NCBI GenBank assembly: GCA_036393095.1
Contig: DASVWS010000116.1
Span: forward strand, 4,793 to 68,792
Reading direction: 5' to 3'
DNA from: Gemmatimonadaceae bacterium
GTDB lineage: Bacteria; Gemmatimonadota; Gemmatimonadetes; Gemmatimonadales; Gemmatimonadaceae
DNA length: 64,000 nt
Part shown: piece by piece, positions 11,119 to 22,147 of the stretch
Position numbering within the stretch: position 1 is the stretch's first letter
Layout of the letters: every line of letters starts with the position of its first letter
The notes under the pieces: model-generated
What the model saw: the letters and a program-made list of their open reading frames with translations, nothing else
Told to the model about the DNA's origin: nothing
Database searches by the model: none
Made by a program: the position numbers and the translations under genes

Positions 11119-12699
11119 TCAGCGCAGGTCGAGGGACGCGAGCCGTTCCGCGATCGCGTCCTCGACGGCGAGTACGCGCTCGGGATCGGCGGTGAAGTTG
11201 TTGCAGAGCAGGCTGAAGATCAGCATGCGTCCATCGGCGGTCGTCACGTACCCCGAGAGCGACCGCGCGTTGGAGAGCGACCCGGTCTTCGCGTGCACGT
11301 TCCCGTCGGCGGCGGTGCCGCGCATCCGCGCGTGGAGCGTGCCGTCCACCCCCGCCACGGGGAGCGCGGCGTAGAACGTCTGGAACGCGGGAGAGCCGCG
11401 CATCGCGGAGAGCACGCGGACCACCGTCTCCGGGCTCAGGTAGTCGTACCGGGCGAGGCCGCTGCCGTCGCGGATCACGAATCCGTCGGCGAGCGCGCCC
11501 CAGGCCTGGAGCTGGTCGCTCTCAACGCGCGCCGCGCTGTCGGCGCGTCCCACGCCGGTCTGCGTCAGGCCGACGGTGCGCAGGAGCAGCTCGGCCATCT
11601 GGTTCTGCGATGGTTTGAGAAGCGCGGGCAGGATCTCGCCCAGTGTGGGCGACTGCACGCGCACCAGCGAATCGACCGCGGCCGTCGTGTCGGTGCGGCG
11701 TTCGTCGACCGCGATGCCGCGGTCGGCGAGCGCCTCGCGCAGCGCGGCCAGGTATGCACCGTCGGGATCGGGGAAGGGCACCGACAGCCGCGCCGAGTCG
11801 CCGGCTGCGATGGCGCCGGTCACGCGGAACGCCTGCGTCGCCGTGTCGAGCACTGCACGCAGCGGCTCGGCGCGCAGCGCAGCGGTGTCCCCGCGTCCCA
11901 CGGTCCGGGCGGCGACGACCACCGGTGGATAGTGCGCGGCCGGCATCGTGCGGACGCGGACCGGAGCGCCCGGCCGCCGCCCGGCCCGCACGTGCAGCTC
12001 GGCGAACCCGTCGTTGAATTCGAGCTCGTCCACCGCCGCTCCGTCGCGGTCGTCGAGATCGTCCCACGACCACCCGAACCCGACCGTGGGGCCGGGGAAG
12101 ACGTCGGTGCCGACGACGAGCCGCCCGCGAATGCGGCGCACGCCGGCGAGATAGAGCGAATCGGCCATGTCGTGCAGCGGCAGCATCGCGTCACCGCGCA
12201 CCGAATCGCTCACCGTCGGATCCCCGCGCCCGAACACCAGCAGGTCGCCGTCGAGCACGCCGCGGCGCAGGCGTCCGCGCGCCGCGACCGTCGTGACCCA
12301 CCGGTAGTCGGCGCCGAGCCTGGTCAGCGCCACGGCGGTCGTCACGAGCTTCATGTTCGACGCGGGCAGGAACAGCTTTCCCGCATTAATGGATACGAGC
12401 GTATCGCCGGCGGCGGGATCGACTACGAGCACGCCCCAGTTGGCGTTCCGGAACTCCGGTTGATCGACGAGCGAGTCGATCGCTCGGCGAAGCAGGGCAC
12501 GCTCGTCCGGCGGCGGAACGGGCCGAGGCGCCGGGACCGGCGCGGGCGTCGGCGCCGGAGCCTGCACGGGAGCGGGGGCGGGCGCCGGCGCCGTTGCCGG
12601 TGGCGTGCGCTGCAGCGGGCAGCCGAAGTTGAGCGCGGCGACGAGCGCGGCGGTGTGGCGGGCGAGTCGTGGAGCGAGTGCGATCACGGTACCGGACAA
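11119..12699 (-). CDS. dacB: D-alanyl-D-alanine carboxypeptidase/endopeptidase (PBP4, S13 family)
   Basis: 526 aa. SxxK motif in LPASNMKLVTTAVAL. C-terminal KTGSL (KTG box). Signal/lipoprotein-like N-terminus followed by a Pro/Ala-rich linker. Confidence 0.8.
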   Translation of the reverse strand: MSGTVIALAPRLARHTAALVAALNFGCPLQRTPPATAPAPAPAPVQAPAPTPAPVPAPRPVPPPDERALLRRAIDSLVDQPEFRNANWGVLVVDPAAGDTLVSINAGKLFLPASNMKLVTTAVALTRLGADYRWVTTVAARGRLRRGVLDGDLLVFGRGDPTVSDSVRGDAMLPLHDMADSLYLAGVRRIRGRLVVGTDVFPGPTVGFGWSWDDLDDRDGAAVDELEFNDGFAELHVRAGRRPGAPVRVRTMPAAHYPPVVVAARTVGRGDTAALRAEPLRAVLDTATQAFRVTGAIAAGDSARLSVPFPDPDGAYLAALREALADRGIAVDERRTDTTAAVDSLVRVQSPTLGEILPALLKPSQNQMAELLLRTVGLTQTGVGRADSAARVESDQLQAWGALADGFVIRDGSGLARYDYLSPETVVRVLSAMRGSPAFQTFYAALPVAGVDGTLHARMRGTAADGNVHAKTGSLSNARSLSGYVTTADGRMLIFSLLCNNFTADPERVLAVEDAIAERLASLDLR

Positions 12700-12700
12700 G

Positions 12701-13345
12701 CTATACCGCGTCCTGGCACAGCGCCTCGGCCCGCGCCAGGTCGGCGGCCGTGTTGACGCTCAGGAACAGCCGTGCCGGGTCGCCGAACGTCGCGACCTCG
12801 TCGGCCCGCAGCCAGGAGGCGCGCGGGAGTGCACGCGCGAACTCCGCGCCGCCGGTGCGCCCCGAGGCCAGCGCCGCTTCGAGCGCGGGGAGGCAGGACG
12901 GCGCGAAGCAGGCGCAGAACGGTTCCAGTCCCACCGGCGACGGACTCTCGGCGAAGCAGGCGTCGGCGTGCTCCTCCGCGCATCGCTGCGCAAGCGCCCG
13001 CAGCAACGGTGCGCTCACGAACGGCATGTCCCACGCCACCACGAGCGCCGGGCGCCGCATGTGGGTGAGCGCGGCATGCACGCCGCTCAGCCCGCCGGCG
13101 CCGGGGACCGCGTCGGCAATCACCGGCACGCCGGGCAGCCATGCGCCGGCGTCGGACGCGTTGGCCACGAGCAGCAGATCCGCGGTGACGGCGCGGAGCG
13201 CGGCTGCGACGCGATCCACGATGCGCACGCCCCCCACGCGGGCCAGCCCCTTGGGGCTGCCGAAGCGCCGGTTGGCGCCTCCGGCCAGGATGGCCCCCGC
13301 TGGAGCGGCGGCGTTTGCTTCGGGATGGGCGGCGGGCCGGGGCAC
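12701..13345 (-). CDS. mobA: Molybdenum cofactor guanylyltransferase
   Basis: 214 aa. GAILAGGANRRFGSPKGL is an N-terminal nucleotide-binding motif of MobA-like NTP transferases. Confidence 0.75.
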   Translation of the reverse strand: MPRPAAHPEANAAAPAGAILAGGANRRFGSPKGLARVGGVRIVDRVAAALRAVTADLLLVANASDAGAWLPGVPVIADAVPGAGGLSGVHAALTHMRRPALVVAWDMPFVSAPLLRALAQRCAEEHADACFAESPSPVGLEPFCACFAPSCLPALEAALASGRTGGAEFARALPRASWLRADEVATFGDPARLFLSVNTAADLARAEALCQDAV

Positions 13346-13370
13346 GGAGCGCGTGGGGCGGCGCGGACCG

Positions 13371-13793
13371 CTACTCGCCGCGGTACGTCGCGCTGAGCGT
13401 GGCGTCTTCGGCCACGCGCACCTCGCACACTTCGGCGGCGCCTCCCAGCCCGCGCTGCACCGTCTGGAAGATGTGCCGCGCCAGGTTCTCGCCGGTCGGC
13501 ATCAGCCGGCCCTCGGCGAACTCGGGGACGTCGAGATTCAGGTTCGCGTGCTCGAAGCGCGCGCGCACGTCGCGGTCGAGCACGCGGTCGAGGTCGCCGA
13601 GATCCACGATCATCCCCGTGCGCTCGTCGATCGTTCCGCGTACGGTGACGTCGCACACGTAGCTGTGCCCGTGGTAGTTGGGGCGGGCGCACAGCCCGAA
13701 CCGGCGGGTGTTCTCCTCGTCGCTCAGCTCGGGCAGCCGGTAGCGGTGGGCGGCGGCGAAGGTGACGCGGCGCGTGAGATAGGCGGTCGCCAT
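13371..13793 (-). CDS. queD: 6-carboxy-5,6,7,8-tetrahydropterin synthase / PTPS family
   Basis: 140 aa. FAAAHRY and CARPNYHGHSY (Cys plus His-x-His zinc site) are typical of QueD/PTPS. Confidence 0.75.
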   Translation of the reverse strand: MATAYLTRRVTFAAAHRYRLPELSDEENTRRFGLCARPNYHGHSYVCDVTVRGTIDERTGMIVDLGDLDRVLDRDVRARFEHANLNLDVPEFAEGRLMPTGENLARHIFQTVQRGLGGAAEVCEVRVAEDATLSATYRGE

Positions 13794-13802
13794 GGACGGC
13801 GC

Positions 13803-14489
13803 TCAGTGCGAGAACAGATATGAGATGCCGATGCTCAGCGAGGGGTTGTTCCGCCAGAACGACTTGCTCAGCCGCGCGTTCACTACGGAATTGCCGTCCT
13901 TGCCGATCAGGTAGTAGGTCTGCGGATAGCCCATCGAGTAGAACCGATTGTTCAGGTCGGCGCGGATTCCCCATCGCTTGGACGGGATGTAACGAATCGA
14001 GGCGCCCCAGACGAACTCGAACTTCGTGCCGAACTGATACTCGCCCACGTCGCTGTTCGTGTGGCGATCGCTGATCAGGCCCATGCCGAAGTTGGCGATG
14101 GGCATGAAGCCGTGGAACGTGCGGTCGCCGGTGAGCGAGAGCCCCATGCCGCCTTCGAACGCATACAGGGGCCACGATTCGGTGCCGCGGTCGCGGTTCA
14201 GCGCCAGCGGGTCGATCACGTGCCGCACCGAGGCGATGCGTGAGACCGATCCGGTGAGGAAGAGCGGTCCGGTAGCGTGCCAGCCGTACAGCAGGCTCCA
14301 CAGCTGCCCGCTCTGCGGCGCGACGCCGGCCGGATCGGGCGTCGCCGAGAAGTGTCCGCCCAGAACCGCAAACTCCATGGTATGGTCCACGTCCCGATAC
14401 GGGCTGCGCGACGGCGCGTACCCTACCTGCTGGGCAGGGAGGGCCGCGGCCGAAGCGGCCAGCAGCAGGGCGATCAGCAGACGCTTCAC
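13803..14489 (-). CDS. Outer-membrane beta-barrel-like protein with signal peptide
   Basis: Distal 228 codons of ORF 13803..14912, starting VKRLLIALLLAASAAALPAQQ. Alternating hydrophobic pattern and a terminal ...GISYLFSH aromatic-rich end. The GTG start overlaps the gpmI stop (GTGA). Confidence 0.5.
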   Translation of the reverse strand: MKRLLIALLLAASAAALPAQQVGYAPSRSPYRDVDHTMEFAVLGGHFSATPDPAGVAPQSGQLWSLLYGWHATGPLFLTGSVSRIASVRHVIDPLALNRDRGTESWPLYAFEGGMGLSLTGDRTFHGFMPIANFGMGLISDRHTNSDVGEYQFGTKFEFVWGASIRYIPSKRWGIRADLNNRFYSMGYPQTYYLIGKDGNSVVNARLSKSFWRNNPSLSIGISYLFSH

Positions 14490-16054
14490 GAATCGGCTCC
14501 CGTCAGTCGAAGGTCTCTGCCGGTCATCTCGGCAGGTGTTTCCAGGCCCAGCATGGTGAGCAGCGTCGGCCCCACGTCGCACAGCGCGCCGCCGCCGCGC
14601 AGCGGCGCTCCGCTGCCCGCCGATTCCGCCGGTCCGGCATCCACGGCCAGAATCGGCACCGGATTCGTCGTGTGCGCGGTGTGCGGCCCACCCGATTCCG
14701 GATCGATCATCTGCTCGCAGTTTCCGTGGTCGGCGGTGATCAGCAGCCGCGCTCCCGTCCTGCCGGCGGTCTCGAGCACGCGCGCCAGGCACGCGTCCAC
14801 GGTCTCCACGGCGGCGATCGTCGCCGGCATCGAGCCCGTGTGTCCCACCATGTCGCTGTTGGCGTAGTTGCAGAGGATGAATTCGTACTCGCCCCCCGCG
14901 ATCGCGCCGCACAGCGCGTCGGTCACGCCGGGGGCGCTCATTTCGGGCGCCAGGTCGTACGTCGCCACTTTCTGGCTTGGCACCAGCAACCGCTCCTCGC
15001 AGGGGAAGGGCGTTTCGCGCCCGCCGTTGAAGAAGTAGGTCACGTGCGCGTACTTCTCGGTTTCCGCGGTGCGGAACTGGCGCATGCCCGCGTTCGCGAT
15101 CACCTCGCCGACGATGTTCACCAGCGTGCGCGGCTCGAACGCGATCGGCACCGTGAAGGTCTGGTCGTACTGCGTCATCGTGGCCAGATACACCGACGGG
15201 CGGTGTCCGGTCGCAAATCCGTCGAACCCGTCCACGGTGAGGGCCCGGACGATCTGGCGCATGCGGTCGGCGCGGTAGTTGAAGCAGATCACCGCGTCGC
15301 CGTCGCGGATCGGCGCCACCGGCGTTCCGTGCTCGACGATCGTCGTGGGCGTGATGAACTCGTCGGTCTCATCGCGGTCGTACGCGGCGCGGATGACGGC
15401 GAGCGGGTCGGTGCCCGTGGGGCCCGTGCCGTCGACGGCCGCGCGATACCACTTCTCGGTGCGGTCCCACCGCTTGTCGCGGTCCATGCCGAAGTAGCGC
15501 CCGCCCAGGCTCGCCACGCGGGCGCGCCCCTTCGCCCGGCCGAGCAGCGTCTGCATGAAACCGTACGCCGAGCGGGGCAGGGTGTCGCGGCCGTCGAGCA
15601 GCGCGTGGATCGCCACGCGCGGCAGCCGTTCGCGCTCGGCCATGTCGATCAGCGCGAAGAGATGCTGGTCCAGCGCATGCACGCCGCCGTCGCCGATCAG
15701 GCCCATCAGGTGCAGCGTGCCGCCCGACCGCCGCACGCGCCGGCAGGCCTCGACGAACGCCTCGTTGCGAAAGAACGAGCCGTCCTTGATCGCCTGCGAG
15801 ATCCGAACGATGTCCTGCATGACGACGCGGCCGGCGCCGAGGTTGAGATGCCCCACCTCACTGTTCCCCATCTGCCCCTCGGGAAGACCGACCCGGAGTC
15901 CCGATGCCTCGAGCAGCGTGCGCGGATAGCGCGCGACGAGGCGATCCCACGTGGGCGTGTCGGCCAGCGCGATGGCGTTGCCCTCGGTCTCGGGCCGGTA
16001 GCCCCAGCCATCGAGCACGATGAGGACGACGGGATATCGGGCGTGTGCTGGCAT
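14486..16054 (-). CDS. gpmI: 2,3-bisphosphoglycerate-independent phosphoglycerate mutase
   Basis: 522 aa. VVLIVLDGWG, NSEVGHLNLGAGR and ITADHGN motifs. Confidence 0.9.
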   Translation of the reverse strand: MPAHARYPVVLIVLDGWGYRPETEGNAIALADTPTWDRLVARYPRTLLEASGLRVGLPEGQMGNSEVGHLNLGAGRVVMQDIVRISQAIKDGSFFRNEAFVEACRRVRRSGGTLHLMGLIGDGGVHALDQHLFALIDMAERERLPRVAIHALLDGRDTLPRSAYGFMQTLLGRAKGRARVASLGGRYFGMDRDKRWDRTEKWYRAAVDGTGPTGTDPLAVIRAAYDRDETDEFITPTTIVEHGTPVAPIRDGDAVICFNYRADRMRQIVRALTVDGFDGFATGHRPSVYLATMTQYDQTFTVPIAFEPRTLVNIVGEVIANAGMRQFRTAETEKYAHVTYFFNGGRETPFPCEERLLVPSQKVATYDLAPEMSAPGVTDALCGAIAGGEYEFILCNYANSDMVGHTGSMPATIAAVETVDACLARVLETAGRTGARLLITADHGNCEQMIDPESGGPHTAHTTNPVPILAVDAGPAESAGSGAPLRGGGALCDVGPTLLTMLGLETPAEMTGRDLRLTGADS

Positions 16055-16158
16055 CGATCTCCGGGTGAGCGCTTGCCCCTCGGCGAGGGTTCCTTATACT
16101 GCGAACGCGAGTGGCGGGGGTCACGAAATGTACCCGTCGGCCTAGTCTCAACCAAGCG

Positions 16159-17211
16159 ATGCGATTTCGTTCCGTCTATTGCGCGATGATTCTCGCCGCT
16201 GCCGTCGCGGCCCCGGTGCGCCCCCAGGGATTGACGGGGCCCGCCGTGCTCTATGCGCGGCCCGGCGATACCGAGTTGGCGACCGTTGCCGAAGGCACCG
16301 TGCTCGATCCCGGACAGACCGCCGGCGAGTACACGCTGGTGACCGTGCGGGGATTCGTCGCCACGTCGCTGCTCGGCGGAGCCCGCGATTCGTTTCCCGC
16401 GAGCGTCGGGGCCAGCGAGGTCCGGTTGCGCGCGCGTCCGTCGACGTCGGCGCCGGTGGTCGCGAATCTGCACGAGGGGATGGCGGTACACGTCGTGAGG
16501 CGCAGCGGCCGGTGGACCGAGGTGAAGCGCAGCGGGTGGGTGCGGCGTTCGGCGTTTCCGGCGACGCTCGCGAGGCGGCAGCTGGCCGCGGCTCCGAAAC
16601 CCTCGCGCCCCGAGCGCGTCGCGCCGGCGCCCCGGGCCAAGGTGGTGACTCTGCCGCCAGCCCGCGTCGCCGACCCGGCGCCGCCGCCGACCGACACCAC
16701 GCCTTCGAATCCCGAGGCCGTGACGCCCGACTCGACGGCGCCCCTCTCCGCGGCGCCCGGACTGGCGCCCGTGGCGTCGATTCAGCACGGAGCCGTGTTG
16801 ACCCCATTGGCGCGCGAGCGCGGATGGGTGCGCGTGCGCCTCGAAGGCTGGATCCGGGAGCAGGACCTCGAGGCGGCCGACAGCAGCATGGCGGCGCTGA
16901 GCGCGGCGGACCTGCGGTCGAACCCGACGGGGTACGTGGGACGCGTCGTGCGCTGGACGGTGACCGCGCTGGCCTTCCAGACGGCTGATCCGCTCCATCG
17001 CGACTTGCGGCCCGACGAGCCCTACCTGCTGGCGCGGGGCCCGGGAACGGAGAACGCGCTGCTGTATCTGGCGCTCCCCGAGGCGTTGGTGTCGCGCGCG
17101 AAGTCGCTGGCACCAATGACGGCTCTGGTCGTCACGGCCAAAGTCCGCACCGGACGGTCCGATCCCGCCGGAGTCCCCATTCTCGACGTCATCACGTTGG
17201 CGAAGAAATAG
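16159..17211 (+). CDS. Secreted protein with bacterial SH3-like segments
   Basis: Begins MRFRSVYCAMILAAAVAAPVRPQG (signal peptide). SH3b-like stretches (EVRLRARPSTSAPVVANLHEGMAVHVVRRSGRWTEVKRSGWV and RGWVRVRLEGWI) are separated by a Pro-rich linker. The upstream 16 codons of ORF 16111 are rejected. Confidence 0.45.
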   Translation: MRFRSVYCAMILAAAVAAPVRPQGLTGPAVLYARPGDTELATVAEGTVLDPGQTAGEYTLVTVRGFVATSLLGGARDSFPASVGASEVRLRARPSTSAPVVANLHEGMAVHVVRRSGRWTEVKRSGWVRRSAFPATLARRQLAAAPKPSRPERVAPAPRAKVVTLPPARVADPAPPPTDTTPSNPEAVTPDSTAPLSAAPGLAPVASIQHGAVLTPLARERGWVRVRLEGWIREQDLEAADSSMAALSAADLRSNPTGYVGRVVRWTVTALAFQTADPLHRDLRPDEPYLLARGPGTENALLYLALPEALVSRAKSLAPMTALVVTAKVRTGRSDPAGVPILDVITLAKK

Positions 17212-17351
17212 GCTGACCTTATGGTCAGTCGGGCAGATTTGCGTTCCTGAATTGATGGATCGAAGTCGCGCTCGAATGGTACGTAGACGGACGCCGCGCG
17301 CACTGTAGATTGTGCCGCACGAAGTCACCCGATTCCCACAACCTGCACTGC

Positions 17352-18386
17352 ATGAAGTCGAGGCCAGTCCGACCCCGATCCTCATCGCACCCGGCCGTGC
17401 GCCGCCGCGGAAAGAAGCCCGCGTGGACGCTCGCGCTGCTCGTCGCCGCGATCGGCGGGGTTGTGGCGGCCACCCAGCCGGCCCGGCTCACCGCGCTGGT
17501 CCCGGAGCCGTCCCCGCGCCCCGAAGGGCCCGTCGCGACCGCCGAGCCGGCGGGGATCAGCCGGGCCGTGGATCTCACGGTCGCGCTACCCGGCGATTCC
17601 GTGACCATGCCGCTGGAACTGGGGCCCGATTCGGCGGGCCTACAGTACGAGTGGGTGGCGGTCGGCGACACCGTGCGCCCCGGGTTCATGCTTCCGCTGA
17701 CCGGCTTTCCGCTCTACGCGCCGGGCACGCCGGGGTACTACCATCTGGCCCTCATGCGCGACTCGCAGCAGGTCGTCCTGAACGAGCCGATGCTGGCGGT
17801 GATGGTTCCGTTCCAGGAAAAGCGCGCCGGGTGGCTTAACGGCTATCGCATCGGCACCTACCCGGGCGAGCGGAAAGGCGTGACCTCGCACCCTGACGGA
17901 TTCTTGGTTCTCCAGCAGAGCGACACTGATCTTAAGGTCAGCACGCACCTGACGCTGGGCGCGTTCATGGCGCATGACGGGCAGCAGGCGGTGTGGCCGA
18001 AGTACCTGGCGCTCGACCCCCGGTTGCTGGACAAACTGGAGTTGGTAGTGTCGGAACTGGAGCGCCGGTTCAGCCGTATGGGCGACATGCAGCTTCAGAT
18101 CGACGTCCATTCGGGATTCCGGACGCCATCGTACAACCGAACGGTTCCGTTGGCGGCCGACGAGAGCCGCCATCAGTTCGGCGACGCGGCGGACGTGACG
18201 TTCGACGCGAACGGGGACGGGCTGACCAGCCGCGCCGACATCGCGGCCATCGTTCAGGCGGTGGACACGGTGGAGGCCCAGCATCCCGACCTGGCGGGCG
18301 GGCTCGGCATCTACACGAGCCACCGCTACACCGTTCCCTACGTGCATATCGACACGCGCGGCGAGCGCATGCGCTGGCGCGGCTGA
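17352..18386 (+). CDS. Peptidase M15A (YcbK/DUF882-like) cell-wall peptidase
   Basis: SGFRTPSYN and SRHQFGDAAD (SxHxxGxAxD) plus VHIDTR near the C-terminus. TM/signal segment WTLALLVAAIGGVVA. Start chosen at ATG 17352; 17310 is possible. Confidence 0.6.
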   Translation: MKSRPVRPRSSSHPAVRRRGKKPAWTLALLVAAIGGVVAATQPARLTALVPEPSPRPEGPVATAEPAGISRAVDLTVALPGDSVTMPLELGPDSAGLQYEWVAVGDTVRPGFMLPLTGFPLYAPGTPGYYHLALMRDSQQVVLNEPMLAVMVPFQEKRAGWLNGYRIGTYPGERKGVTSHPDGFLVLQQSDTDLKVSTHLTLGAFMAHDGQQAVWPKYLALDPRLLDKLELVVSELERRFSRMGDMQLQIDVHSGFRTPSYNRTVPLAADESRHQFGDAADVTFDANGDGLTSRADIAAIVQAVDTVEAQHPDLAGGLGIYTSHRYTVPYVHIDTRGERMRWRG

Positions 18387-18407
18387 GCGCCGCCAACAGG
18401 AGCGACC

Positions 18408-18824
18408 ATGAACGACCATCTGCGCGATCGCATCCTGCGAAAGCTCGACACGCTTTCCGACGAGCGCGGCTACCAGGTGCTCGACTATGTCGAGTTCCTG
18501 GAATCGAAATACGCCGAACGGCAGGCTCCCGGCGCGAACGTCTTCACACGGCTCACCGAGTCGGTGGAGGACAAATTGCGGGCCGGCCGCGTGTCGGCCT
18601 CGGTGATCGCCGAGACGATGGGCTTTCTCAACCGCGCGACGAACGTGCTGAACAGCGCGATGGCGGCCGGAAAATCCGTGGCCGATGACGTGGTACGCGG
18701 GGTGAAGGGCGCGACGGGCACCCCTCCGGCCTCCGATGCGGGCGCCGCTGCGGGGGGCGAGCCGAAACCGGTGCCCGAGGCGGCGGAACCGAAGGCCGCC
18801 GCCGAATCCAGGCCGGGCGACTGA
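18408..18824 (+). CDS. Hypothetical protein
   Basis: 138 aa with a charged helical N-terminus ([30 protein letters not shown]) and a Pro/Ala-rich tail. It lies 21 nt after the M15A gene. No motif recognised. Confidence 0.4.
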   Translation: MNDHLRDRILRKLDTLSDERGYQVLDYVEFLESKYAERQAPGANVFTRLTESVEDKLRAGRVSASVIAETMGFLNRATNVLNSAMAAGKSVADDVVRGVKGATGTPPASDAGAAAGGEPKPVPEAAEPKAAAESRPGD

Positions 18825-20471
<1,647 letters not shown>

Positions 20472-20477
20472 GTGACC

Positions 20478-20509
20478 GGCGGGCCCCCGGGCGGGGCCCG
20501 CCTTCCGTT
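20478..20509 (+). terminator. Terminator-like GC hairpin after guaB
   Basis: GGCGGGCCCC-cgggc-GGGGCCCGCC followed by TTCCGTT (weak U tract). Confidence 0.45.
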
Positions 20510-20638
20510 GCGCCACTGCATTGACAAACGCCGCGCCGAGGGCGAACTTGGCGCGGTCCGATTTGTATACAGTCGTTCTCTCCCTCCTCCCCGGCGGCCC
20601 ACGGTCGCCAGCAGTCCAACATCTCTGAGGACCTCCTC

Positions 20639-22084
20639 ATGAACCTGTTCCGCCGAAAGAGCGTCACGGCCCTGCAAGCCGAGGCGACTTCCGACAACAG
20701 CCTCAAACGCGCCCTCGGCGCCCTCAACCTCACCACGCTGGGCATCGGGGCCATCATCGGAACCGGTATCTTCGTGCTCACGGGCGAGGTCGCGGCGCAG
20801 AACGCCGGTCCGGCCGTCGTGCTCTCGTTCATCTTCGCCGGCATCGCGTCGGTGTTCGCCGCGCTCTGCTATTCCGAATTCGCGTCGCTGATCCCGATGG
20901 CGGGGAGCGCCTATACCTACGGCTACGCCACGCTCGGCGAGCTGATCGCCTGGATCATCGGTTGGGACCTGATCCTCGAGTACGCGCTGGGCGCGGTCAC
21001 CGTGGCCATCGGCTGGTCGGGGTACGTGGTGAGCTTCCTCCGCGATGTCGGCATCAATGTGCCGTGCGGGCTTGCGGCGGCGCACGGCGTGATGGCCACC
21101 GGATGCACGGTTCCGGCAGTCTTCAACCTGCCGGCGGTCATCATCATCGCCGTCGTGACCCTGCTGCTGGTGATCGGCATCCAGGAATCGGCGAATGTGA
21201 ACAGCGCGATCGTGATCATCAAGCTCGCGGTCGTGCTCCTCTTCATCGTCGGCGCCGCGCACGCCGTCAATACCGCCAACTGGCACCCCTTCATTCCGCC
21301 GGCCACCGGCAATCGGGGCGAGTTCGGCTGGGGCGGCGTCACCACCGGCGCCGGCATCGTATTCTTCGCCTACATCGGATTCGACGCCGTATCGACGGCG
21401 GCGCAGGAGGCCAAGAACCCGCAACGCGACATGCCGATCGGCATCATCTCGTCGCTCCTCATCTGCACGCTGCTCTACATCGCGGTCAGCGCCATCGCGA
21501 CCGGCGTGATGAGCTACAAGCAGTTGAACGTGCCGGATCCCATCGCCGTCGCGGCGGACGCCGCGGGCCTCGGGTGGATGGCGTCGATCATCAAGCTGGG
21601 CGCCATTGCCGGCCTGTCGTCGGTGATCCTCGTGATGCTCCTGGGCCAGTCGCGCGTGTTCTACTCGATGGCGCGCGACGGGTTGCTCCCCGCGGTGGTC
21701 AACAAGGTGCACCCGAAGTTCCACACGCCGTACGTCACCTCGATTGTCACCGGGGTCATCGTCGCGTTCTTCGCGGGGATCCTGCCGATCGCCGATGCCG
21801 CCAACCTGGTGTCGATCGGCACGCTGCTCGCGTTCGTCATCGTGTCGATCGGCGTGCTCGTGCTGCGCATCCGCGAACCGGAACTGCCTCGCGCGTTCAA
21901 GACGCCCGTGGTGTGGGCGGTGGCGCCGCTGGGTGCGCTGTCGGCTACGTACCTGATGATCCGCCTGCCGTTCGAGACGTGGATCCGGCTTCTCGTCTGG
22001 TTCGTGCTCGGCATGGTCATCTACTGGACCTACAGCATCCGGCACTCGAACCTCGCCAAGGCCCCGGCCCAAGCGGGCGACTGA
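20639..22084 (+). CDS. Amino acid permease (APC superfamily, cationic amino acid transporter-like)
   Basis: 481 aa, ~12 TM. LGIGAIIGTGIFVLTG N-terminal signature. Confidence 0.85.
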   Translation: MNLFRRKSVTALQAEATSDNSLKRALGALNLTTLGIGAIIGTGIFVLTGEVAAQNAGPAVVLSFIFAGIASVFAALCYSEFASLIPMAGSAYTYGYATLGELIAWIIGWDLILEYALGAVTVAIGWSGYVVSFLRDVGINVPCGLAAAHGVMATGCTVPAVFNLPAVIIIAVVTLLLVIGIQESANVNSAIVIIKLAVVLLFIVGAAHAVNTANWHPFIPPATGNRGEFGWGGVTTGAGIVFFAYIGFDAVSTAAQEAKNPQRDMPIGIISSLLICTLLYIAVSAIATGVMSYKQLNVPDPIAVAADAAGLGWMASIIKLGAIAGLSSVILVMLLGQSRVFYSMARDGLLPAVVNKVHPKFHTPYVTSIVTGVIVAFFAGILPIADAANLVSIGTLLAFVIVSIGVLVLRIREPELPRAFKTPVVWAVAPLGALSATYLMIRLPFETWIRLLVWFVLGMVIYWTYSIRHSNLAKAPAQAGD

Positions 22085-22103
22085 GCCTTCCCGGTGTTAC
22101 TTT

Positions 22104-22141
22104 CGAAACGGCGCCCGTTCCCGGGCGCCGTTTCGATTTTA
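22104..22141 (+). terminator. Rho-independent terminator after the permease gene
   Basis: CGAAACGGCGCCCG-ttcc-CGGGCGCCGTTTCG is a perfect 14-bp stem, followed by ATTTTA. Confidence 0.7.
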
Positions 22142-22147
22142 TCCCTC

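Noticed and set aside
10075-12756. 893-aa ORF antisense to moeA and dacB
   Set aside because: It spans two well-supported minus-strand genes and their junction. It has low-complexity Arg/Gly/His composition. Shadow ORF.
14460-14521. Apparent 1-nt register disagreement between my reading of sequence row 14461 and three ORF-track translations (an extra C at 14460/14461 and a missing C at 14520/14521)
   Set aside because: All three track proteins agree with each other and with well-conserved GpmI sequence. I treated this as a reading artefact on my side and used ORF-track codon arithmetic for coordinates. It could be checked by re-translating 14400..14560.
17212-17351. Relatively AT-rich spacer with a GGCTGACC-ttat-GGTCAGTC hairpin after the SH3b gene; considered as a small RNA or tRNA
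   Set aside because: No cloverleaf, no U tract and no conserved RNA motif recognisable. Probably just a weak terminator plus the promoter of the M15A gene.
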